DNA from: a virus
Length of the DNA: 25,010 nt
Virus genome (UHGV): UHGV-0271208
Direction: 5' to 3' (one strand)
This document shows, one piece after another, positions 18,701-25,010 of this stretch. The position numbers were made by a program, and so were the translations under genes. The notes under the pieces are model-generated. The model was not told the DNA's origin and searched no databases. It saw nothing but the letters and a program-made list of their open reading frames with translations. Numbering within the stretch: position 1 is the stretch's first letter; each line of letters starts with the position of its first letter.

Positions 18701-19485
18701 GCCTTACTCCCTGACTTTCCAATAAAACGACCACGCGCATCGCGTTGGTTTTGGCTTTTTTGCGCACCGCCTTTTTGATCGAACATTTCGCGAGCGTGTT
18801 CGGCTGCTTCGGTCCGTTGTGCCTTTATATCCTCTGGTATAGCCTTCCTGCGTCGTTTTTTACCCTTTGGTGTAGTTGATTTGGCCTGCTGTTCCTGTTG
18901 AGCAATGCCCTCCTGAACTACACGAGAAACGTCCCCTAAATTAAGCCGTTTCATTGCGTCAACAATAGGGTCTACTGATGGCGCATTGGCCACAAAGTCT
19001 GGCCGGGAATTTTCGATTGTTCGATTTAATGCCGACACACTGCGAGATACTGGGTCAACCGTTGCAACGCGTTCCCCTTTCAAATCACGAGCGAGTTTGA
19101 CCGTTTCTAACCGCTGTGCTTTAACATCCTCTGTTATTGCCTCTCTTCGTCTATTTGGGGGATTGTGCGCTGTTGGTGCAGCCTGCTGTTCACGGTTAGT
19201 GACTTTGTCCTCCCGTATACGAGAAACGTCCCCTAAATTAAGCCGTTTTATTGCGTCAACAATAGGGTCCACTGATGGCGCATTGGTCACAAAGTCAGGA
19301 CGTGAATTTTCGATTGTGCGATTTAATGCCGACACACTGCGAGATACTGGGTCAACAGTTGCAACTCGTTCCCCTTTCAAATCTTCAACAGCTTCCCGAA
19401 TACCTGCAAGCTCTTCCAGCTCTTTCGCGCTGGCGGTTTCAACTGTCCTTATAACATCGTCAATATTGGCGTTTTTTCTTTCCAT
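15796..19485 (-). CDS. sit: Sit-like structural injection transglycosylase / tape-measure-like protein with SLT domain
   Basis: 1229-aa ORF with a lytic-transglycosylase motif (LPEGTLYAIAATESGGNPYAKSQTGALGMFQFTGIAREETGL), Gly/Ala/Lys-rich hydrophobic segments and an N-terminal tandem duplication. Size and neighbours match P1 sit as recalled. Confidence 0.8.
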   Translation of the reverse strand: MERKNANIDDVIRTVETASAKELEELAGIREAVEDLKGERVATVDPVSRSVSALNRTIENSRPDFVTNAPSVDPIVDAIKRLNLGDVSRIREDKVTNREQQAAPTAHNPPNRRREAITEDVKAQRLETVKLARDLKGERVATVDPVSRSVSALNRTIENSRPDFVANAPSVDPIVDAMKRLNLGDVSRVVQEGIAQQEQQAKSTTPKGKKRRRKAIPEDIKAQRTEAAEHAREMFDQKGGAQKSQNQRDARGRFIGKSGSKAAAEDARAERAEKARRKEDDERLNAESGLLKKLSKVAEGIGNPSETRAVDALGYAVAGPLWAAGKELGGISKEVGGSLNGARKSIADVIRGNDDNSRRKGFFRRKSQNSADVVQVNTQKRTVQELQEQTSEIKEGNDKILSALDQIAKNTGKKKGGLLSKLFSLLGKGAGGVASLLMGRGMLKKAGALAFGALGAKKLVGMLRGGGKKTIAHEGGDLAARAAGKLGLKAVGKGALRAIPLVGTVAGGIYDAVTGWNDTEAQRRAFGLKSGQDPSFQQKAAYTLANVLDMGGLVSGISSAIGEVLKSLGFEDIGNMLQSFSTESIAQAIDSGITNLETYISNLGDTISTKFEDYTAKIGDAVSAWFSDTSNKLLEKLDAIKDFFTVDNLKQVFSDAIDSAIDFIKNPGKHIKEAAGNIWDGVKNLPGKALDAAVDAVKNTPAAMIVSKIPNPIGEANAKEITPELKAPVNSHQETSDSKTESDAKQTNIVTRVINAALDTAKDSNKTVKETANQIINANAVETGNSALQKIDKAIGQNSSSSSSLNSTGTRNDIQKAADTYNNGRLDVKVGSLGSEGKANLDKLAPYFAELENKYGLPEGTLYAIAATESGGNPYAKSQTGALGMFQFTGIAREETGLAEGESFDPVKSAEAAALLMSKYLKQANGDLNEAITAYNAGFGTINKWKKGTGDLSKENREYAIKVNTHRARYLGGEIYTPGAGAQGGAQYGVRGPLPDNAVIDQSTGLAFTPGDSPFEKGGLVDKIGNAVGVNDLVNKFMNGRGMRREVVQGTLEERARGKGTATAAGNVYVDTPMPVEEARPVASNSSYFDQLGAQMGIDGLFDKLRNSPGMRKNNATEPASTSKVTTAANDLQQPTGRMQIDGQVISDLGGSGAKPTMQLADNTVSLDGETKRLFAQMTSLLARIEEHTKDSAKGQGTVVKVSTPQPGVMRTVPLSIDDPLMNDYARVD
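18922..19383. repeat. Intragenic direct repeat: two 165-bp copies (18922-19086, 19219-19383), about 93% identical, period 297 bp
   Basis: Compared base by base: about 11 mismatches in 165. Because 297 bp is 99 codons, the repeat is in frame and encodes the duplicated peptide RVATVDPVSRSVSALNRTIENSRPDFV.NAPSVDPIVDA.KRLNLGDVSR. Confidence 0.85.
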
Positions 19486-19566
19486 GATCTTATCGCCTAC
19501 CGTTTCGGTTTAAGTTTTTCTTCCAGTTTCTCCAACAGGAAAAACGCATAGGATTCAGTAAGCCTT

Positions 19567-20448
19567 TCAGCGTCCTGAATCGGTATACCCCCATACAAAA
19601 CCAGGTTGGACACTAAGGTCTGATAGCTTTTCAATCCCCACCTGTGGAATGAAGTCGGTAGCCCGAAAGGGCACCCACAGACGGGTATATGCACCCTCTG
19701 TGGACTCCTTTTTATCCTGATTTGGGCATTTATGCGGCGGGAGACGAAGACGCATTTCACCTTTATCGATGTAGCACGGTAAACCATGTTCGAGCTTTTC
19801 ATGAGCCAGTCGGATGTGTGCCGCCAGCTTCATAAATTCAGTATCAATGGCCATCCGTTTAATCGTTTCATAACGACGCTCAGCCTGATCTTCACGAGTA
19901 CCACTAACATCGTTATAAAGCTCACACTGATAAGCGAATTCCCAAAAACGCAAATCAACGATCGCTTCTTTGAATTCCGCGTCGTCTTCAGGTGGCAATG
20001 CTGCACGGCGCATCTCCAGCATTTCCATTGCCCAACCATCAAGCGGCACGATACGCCATTGATAAGGTACTCCCTCTACAGGCACCTCAATATCGTCAAT
20101 GAACGGTTCCACTTCCAGGACCTGGATATCTTCAGCCAGAGCATTCATATCGCAATCGTAATAATGCTCTTTACCGCAATGTTTACAGGTGTAGGTGAAT
20201 GTCTCGACCGGTGTTTCACGGGAGCCGGTAAATATCCACCATAACGCGGTAATCCGGTCCTGCGCCGTCCATGTCAGGGGATCATGTTTCGCGGGTTCAG
20301 CCAGCAAGGCTTTTAAATACGCCGTTGTCTGTTGTTCTTGTTCCTCCGGTGTTATCGAGTTGAAACGCATCGCATCAGCAATATTTGGCTGACGGAACTG
20401 GATCAATTCAGTTGGCCGCGATGGTAGCGGGAAAAGGGGTAAAAGCAT
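19567..20448 (-). CDS. Hypothetical phage structural/morphogenesis protein (position of P1 pmgB)
   Basis: 293-aa ORF just upstream of the Sit-like gene; contains CKHCGKEHYYDCDM, a possible metal-binding motif. Confidence 0.6.
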   Translation of the reverse strand: MLLPLFPLPSRPTELIQFRQPNIADAMRFNSITPEEQEQQTTAYLKALLAEPAKHDPLTWTAQDRITALWWIFTGSRETPVETFTYTCKHCGKEHYYDCDMNALAEDIQVLEVEPFIDDIEVPVEGVPYQWRIVPLDGWAMEMLEMRRAALPPEDDAEFKEAIVDLRFWEFAYQCELYNDVSGTREDQAERRYETIKRMAIDTEFMKLAAHIRLAHEKLEHGLPCYIDKGEMRLRLPPHKCPNQDKKESTEGAYTRLWVPFRATDFIPQVGIEKLSDLSVQPGFVWGYTDSGR

Positions 20449-20462
20449 CCTTGCTCCTTAAT

Positions 20463-21074
20463 TCAAAGAGAAAAACTAAAGCCCAGAAGGGAAGCCAAAG
20501 AACTTGAGGATTGGTTAAACGTGCTGTGCAATGCGAAGGTCATTGGGAATGACTTAAATTCAGTAACCTGATCTCGCGCATAGGTGACATCGCCGGTAGT
20601 GACCGGGAATACCGTCATCTCATTTTCCAGTTTGGTTATGCCGGAAGACAGCAACCGATAAATACGCACATTGAGCAAATATTTAGACGGTATATTCCCG
20701 GTACCGTCCGGATTGATCACCCGACTTTTTGCCGTCTTAAACCAGTCCAAAACGAGGCCATCAACGGTATCCCTGACCATCATTGTTATCTGCCCAGGCG
20801 AACGCTCCGTTGGCTGAAGGATATTCCCTCCGCCGATTTTAATCGTTTCATATTCGATGCTGTAATCGTGGTAGGTAATGTCTTTAGCAAAGAAGTCTGC
20901 CCCCTCCAGACCATCAACTTCGACAGAGAACTGCCATCCTTGCGCGAACAGCATTTTGTTCATGATGATTGACGTCAGCTTGCCAACTTCCCGCTCACCA
21001 ACGCCGGAGCCAAATAATGTCGTCGTTAATGCCGAAGATACATAAGACTTTACTGAAGCAACATTAAGCCCCAT
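20463..21074 (-). CDS. Putative tail tube protein (position of P1 tub)
   Basis: 203-aa ORF, 14 nt upstream of the previous gene. Assignment is by gene order. Confidence 0.55.
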   Translation of the reverse strand: MGLNVASVKSYVSSALTTTLFGSGVGEREVGKLTSIIMNKMLFAQGWQFSVEVDGLEGADFFAKDITYHDYSIEYETIKIGGGNILQPTERSPGQITMMVRDTVDGLVLDWFKTAKSRVINPDGTGNIPSKYLLNVRIYRLLSSGITKLENEMTVFPVTTGDVTYARDQVTEFKSFPMTFALHSTFNQSSSSLASLLGFSFSL

Positions 21075-21084
21075 ATCAGCCTCC

Positions 21085-21675
<591 letters not shown>

Positions 21676-21709
21676 TTACCCGATTCTACGAGTAGTCATT
21701 TGTGACAGG

Positions 21710-22186
21710 TCATTTTGCGCGCTTCAGACAGCCATCTTCAGGTGCCGCGTTGAAAAGCTCTGCGGCCTTACGTAGCGTAAATGTTGCTATTTTTTTTCCG
21801 TCTACGTATGCATCGAATGTTTTAACTTCCATATCAGGGGTATCTGACCAAAAACCATACCAGTAACTATCACCCACAGAGGAACCGATAGAACTGATAG
21901 GATATTCATCATCACCAACTTTCAGCGTTATTTGTTCTTTTTTAGCATCAAATGACTCACCGCCAGGTTCTGTTTTCATGAGAGTGAGTAGTCGTGTTCC
22001 TACTTGATTGGGATCCGTATTATTAAATCCAACATCGCACTCAAATGTAAGCGTATAATTATCTTTGCTGGAAACAGCATAAGAACGAACACCATGAGTC
22101 TCGCCGGTTGACCATTTGCTTACATTTGCCATTGATGAAAATGGAGTAAGCAAAGCAAGAATTAGAAAAAATCGTTTGATGCGCAT
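21710..22186 (-). CDS. Secreted protein, sim-region-like (superimmunity candidate)
   Basis: 158-aa ORF with a signal peptide (MRIKRFFLILALLTPFSSMA); AT-rich upstream region; sits where the P1 sim genes lie relative to pmgC. Confidence 0.6.
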   Translation of the reverse strand: MRIKRFFLILALLTPFSSMANVSKWSTGETHGVRSYAVSSKDNYTLTFECDVGFNNTDPNQVGTRLLTLMKTEPGGESFDAKKEQITLKVGDDEYPISSIGSSVGDSYWYGFWSDTPDMEVKTFDAYVDGKKIATFTLRKAAELFNAAPEDGCLKRAK

Positions 22187-22247
22187 TAATTTATCTCCTT
22201 TGGATATTAACGATTATCAATATTTTAATTGGTTATCCATAATATAT

Positions 22248-22895
22248 TTACCATTCATAGGGTAAATTAAGCGCTTTTAAACCTTGCTGAAAGGTATTAA
22301 GTGAGCCGTTCTTTTGTTGTTCCATTTGCTCGCGTGCCGCTTTCTCATACTGCTCCATCCGTTGGTTATACTCTTGCAATTCCTCTGGTGAGAGGTTTCC
22401 CATTGGGGAGTTTGTACCCGGCCCCCTGGCCCGCTCTTCAAGCGTACCCTGCACGTTTTGATGGCGCATTCCTGGGGCATTTCTGATTGAGTCAATGCCA
22501 TTTCTTCCAACGTCTTCTTTATTAACGGCATTGCTCGCCACCAGCACACCCCAGCTAGGAATAGCAAAATCAGGAGCGGTTTCGCATGCCTTTACCATAT
22601 AATCGAAAGAGCTTCGATTGATCTCGTTTGCGTCGGGATTTAACAGGCGAGAATATTGATATTTAGCATTTTCGTTGGTTGCGACTTTATACAGTTCTTG
22701 CTGCACCATCGCTTCAGAAAGTTTAAGGCGTTTCATATCTGACAGTAACTTCTTGCGCATGGATTCGTCTTGACTGACAGCAAAGCCGTAAACGTGCCCA
22801 AGGTATTTCGTATAATCGGTACAAATCTCCTTTACGCTTGATGCTGCATTAACAGTCTCAGCCATAAATAATAACGGTAGTAATAGTTTTCTCAT
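22248..22895 (-). CDS. Secreted protein, sim-region-like, sharing a motif with the Sit-like protein
   Basis: ORF 22248-22922; the likely start is ATG 22895 (GGTGAGG SD), giving a signal peptide MRKLLLPLLFMAETVNA. Its C-terminal part carries NAPGMRHQNVQGTLEERARGPGT, homologous to GRGMRREVVQGTLEERARGKGT in the Sit-like protein. Confidence 0.65.
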   Translation of the reverse strand: MRKLLLPLLFMAETVNAASSVKEICTDYTKYLGHVYGFAVSQDESMRKKLLSDMKRLKLSEAMVQQELYKVATNENAKYQYSRLLNPDANEINRSSFDYMVKACETAPDFAIPSWGVLVASNAVNKEDVGRNGIDSIRNAPGMRHQNVQGTLEERARGPGTNSPMGNLSPEELQEYNQRMEQYEKAAREQMEQQKNGSLNTFQQGLKALNLPYEW

Positions 22896-22991
22896 TATAA
22901 CCTCACCTGCCTTATAACTCATTTAGGGTACATATTTTCGCCTTTAAAAAAAAGAGGTTATTAGATCCAATTGTGTATTTATTAAGCATGT

Positions 22992-23008
22992 AATGCTCTA
23001 ATAAATTT
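22992..23008 (+). promoter_or_regulatory. P1 C1-repressor operator-like 17-mer (Op51-like)
   Basis: AATGCTCTAATAAATTT is one mismatch from the recalled C1 operator consensus ATTGCTCTAATAAATTT; it lies upstream of the c4/icd/ant region. Confidence 0.6.
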
Positions 23009-23204
23009 GTATTTTTAAGTCGCGAATGCTATCTTTTCGCATCATATTGACCTTTTAATCGTTCAGGCTTATAGTTCCGCCGTCGTAGCAAATTCTGCGA
23101 CCGGGTTTAGCAGCCTGAATGTTAGTGCGGACAACCGCAGATATCCGATATTGCGGTATTTTTGTGTCCGTAAAACCGCGTTACGCCCAAATTATGGTGG
23201 GGCG

Positions 23205-23275
23205 TGATGGGGAGGCTTCGGCCTGCTGGTTTCACTAACGCCAGTCTGCTAACCCCGTCACGTCCTGCCACCTGT
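23205..23275 (+). ncRNA. c4: c4-like antisense RNA (ImmI-type repressor of icd/ant translation); boundaries approximate
   Basis: CACTAAC (23233-23239) and CTGCTAAC (23246-23253) are complementary to GTTTAGCAG / GTTAGTG pairs at 23105-23127 and 23274-23311, the second overlapping the icd-like SD. This mirrors the P1 c4 a'/b' versus a1/b1 and a2/b2 layout. Confidence 0.4.
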
Positions 23276-23322
23276 TTAGCAGCGGGTAGCAGGTTGTTAA
23301 ACCTGTTAGTGAGGCCGTAACT

Positions 23323-23544
23323 ATGGTTAATGCCAATCCTTGCGCACGCCAAGAATTCATCTGGCGTTTCTATTCCTGTAAAAAACACCACTATCACTTC
23401 GTTATCGCAGCAACAGAAGACGAAGCACGCTCTCAATTGCCTGATGGCCCCTGCATTTTTACTGCCCGTTTTTCAACTAACTCGCGCAATTCACTTAGTT
23501 ACTGGAGCCTCCCCTTCTCTGCCGACGTTCAGGGGGGTTTATGA
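23323..23544 (+). CDS. icd: Icd-like small protein (73 aa) translationally coupled to ant
   Basis: 73-aa ORF with GAGG SD 8 nt upstream; its stop overlaps the ant start as ATGA. P1 icd is also 73 codons and overlaps ant. Confidence 0.5.
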   Translation: MVNANPCARQEFIWRFYSCKKHHYHFVIAATEDEARSQLPDGPCIFTARFSTNSRNSLSYWSLPFSADVQGGL

Positions 23545-24575
23545 AAACACCTCTCGTCACCCGTAATGAAATAGCCGAAGCGATCGCCTTGCATACAATC
23601 TGTATGCCGACACGGGAGATCCCCGGCGCAATTGCCAACTATTTCATGATAACCAGGCGTTTTTATACCCGAACAGATAAGGCTGTGATCAACAGGCTAC
23701 TGATAGCCGAGATCAGGGATTATTTGATTGAACAAGGACGTCTACGTTACGCAACAGTGGCAGCAGAAATGAGAAAGGAGGCACATAGAATGACCGGTAA
23801 TAATTTAAATGTTGAAAAACCAGCACCTGTTGCTTCAGCTACGCCAGCACCAGCCCTGAATGTCATCCCCAACACCGGAGACACAATCGACAGCCAAACA
23901 TTGTTGAAGATGGTCAATGAGGCACGGAAATTATGTAGCGAAAAACCAGTTCGCAACAATGATTTCATTGCCAGAGTTAAGGATGAGCTTGAAGGAGAAA
24001 CCTACGAAATTTTCGTAGGTCAAAAAAACGGCGCAGAAATAGATATTATAACCATGACCTACAAACAAGCCCTGCGAGTTGCCGCGCGCGAGTCAAAAGC
24101 GGTCCGCCGTTCGCTGATCGACAAACTGGAAGAATTACAGCAGGCAAACTCCCCTACCCCATCGATCCCCCAAACATTACCAGAAGCCCTACGCCTGGCT
24201 GCCGAGTTGGCAGAACAGAAAATGCATCTGGAACAACAGCTGGTGGCCGCAGCACCTAAAGTCGATTTTGCCGACCGGGTATCAGTGGCTAATGGAATCC
24301 TGATCGGTAACTTTGCAAAGGTCGTTGGACTTAAGCAAAACGCCCTTTTCTCATGGTTGCGCCAGAACGGCATTCTCATGGCTTTTGGTGCGCGCAAAAA
24401 CGTACCGCGCCAGCAGTACATTAACGCCGGGTATTTCACGGTGAAAGAAGTGGTGCTGGATGATGAAAATGGCTATCAGATACGGCTGACGCCACAATTA
24501 ACGGGTAAAGGCCAGCAGTGGTTAACTCGCAAGCTACTTGATGCTGGTTTGTTAAAACCAGTAGCAATAGGTTAA
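23541..24575 (+). CDS. ant: Phage antirepressor (Ant-like)
   Basis: 344-aa ORF whose C-terminal region (FADRVSVANGILIGNFAKVVGL...RKNVPRQQYINAGYFTVKEV...QIRLTPQLTGKGQQWLTRKL) resembles antirepressor C-terminal domains; sits downstream of the operator and c4-like elements. Confidence 0.8.
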   Translation: MKTPLVTRNEIAEAIALHTICMPTREIPGAIANYFMITRRFYTRTDKAVINRLLIAEIRDYLIEQGRLRYATVAAEMRKEAHRMTGNNLNVEKPAPVASATPAPALNVIPNTGDTIDSQTLLKMVNEARKLCSEKPVRNNDFIARVKDELEGETYEIFVGQKNGAEIDIITMTYKQALRVAARESKAVRRSLIDKLEELQQANSPTPSIPQTLPEALRLAAELAEQKMHLEQQLVAAAPKVDFADRVSVANGILIGNFAKVVGLKQNALFSWLRQNGILMAFGARKNVPRQQYINAGYFTVKEVVLDDENGYQIRLTPQLTGKGQQWLTRKLLDAGLLKPVAIG

Positions 24576-24581
24576 CAAAAG

Positions 24582-24614
24582 AAAAAAACCTGCCAGCAAA
24601 CTGGCAGGTTTCTG
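24582..24614 (+). terminator. Rho-independent terminator after ant
   Basis: Stem CCTGCCAG/CTGGCAGG at 24589-24608 with loop CAAA, followed by TTTCTG. Confidence 0.65.
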
Positions 24615-24653
24615 AGCAGATCGTCCAACCCGATCTGGATCGAGTCAGAAAAA

Positions 24654-24670
24654 TTTGCTCTAATAAATTT
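24654..24670 (+). promoter_or_regulatory. P1 C1-repressor operator-like 17-mer (Op53-like) upstream of kilA-like gene
   Basis: TTTGCTCTAATAAATTT is one mismatch from the consensus and 70 nt upstream of the ATG at 24740. The flanking approx. 30 bp is also similar to the 22992 site. Confidence 0.6.
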
Positions 24671-24739
24671 CGTTTTCTAAGTGCAAAGAATCACCATTTC
24701 GAGCTGGTGATTGAAGGTTGATGCAAATTTGGAGAAAAA

Positions 24740-25010
24740 ATGCAACAAACATTCAATGCGGATATGAATATATCAAACCTTCATCAAAATGTCGATCCTT
24801 CAACCACTCTGCCCGTTATTTGTGGTGTTGAAATTACGACCGACCGCGCTGGCCGTTACAACCTTAATGCTCTACACAGAGCGAGCGGACTCGGTGCCCA
24901 TAAAGCGCCAGCTCAATGGCTAAGAACGCTGTCAGCCAAACAGCTCATCGAAGAGCTTGAAAAAGAAACTATGCAGAATTGCATAGTTTCGTTCGAAGGC
25001 CGTGGCGGCG
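24740..25010 (+). CDS. kilA: KilA-N domain protein, 5' partial (runs off the window)
   Basis: ATG at 24740 with GGAGAAAAAA upstream; open to the window end, encoding MQQTFNADMNISNLHQNVDPSTTLPVICGVEITTDRAGRYNLNALHRASGLGAHKAPAQWLRTLSAKQLIEELEKE, which looks like a KilA-N domain. Confidence 0.65.
   Translation, partial: MQQTFNADMNISNLHQNVDPSTTLPVICGVEITTDRAGRYNLNALHRASGLGAHKAPAQWLRTLSAKQLIEELEKETMQNCIVSFEGRGG

Noticed and set aside
19497-19802. 101-aa ORF overlapping the 3' end of the 293-aa gene, considered as a frameshift extension like E/E'
   Set aside because: It is in the +1 frame, not -1, and there is no slippery heptamer in the zero frame at the overlap, so it is probably coincidental.
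23122-23436. 104-aa minus-strand ORF across the c4-like region
   Set aside because: It is antisense to the c4/icd regulatory region and has a Cys/Phe-rich composition with no convincing start; the plus-strand regulatory reading explains the sequence better.

Overview
Mosaic phage-derived region on both strands, with P2-family and P1-like segments joined near 8.7-9.5 kb. (1) 1315-8708 is a P2-family contractile-tail module: ogr and D on the minus strand, then FI sheath, FII tube, E/E' (with a T6G -1 frameshift site), T tape measure and U on the plus strand. FI-U is therefore inverted relative to D-ogr compared with the canonical P2 FETUD-ogr order. (2) 8815-25010 follows the order I recall for the phage P1 map: an N-terminally truncated cin-like invertase, tail fibre assembly gene, long tail fibre, four baseplate-region genes, a 1229-aa Sit-like transglycosylase protein, three small structural genes, two sim-like secreted proteins, then an ImmI-type module (C1-operator-like 17-mers, c4-like antisense elements, icd-like ORF, ant) and the start of a kilA-like gene. 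(3) 237-1234 holds a two-gene cargo cassette (zinc-ribbon membrane protein plus secreted protein) bracketed by hairpin terminators. No rRNA, tRNA or CRISPR array was seen. All family assignments rest on motifs, sizes and gene order read by eye and recalled knowledge; no database search was run.
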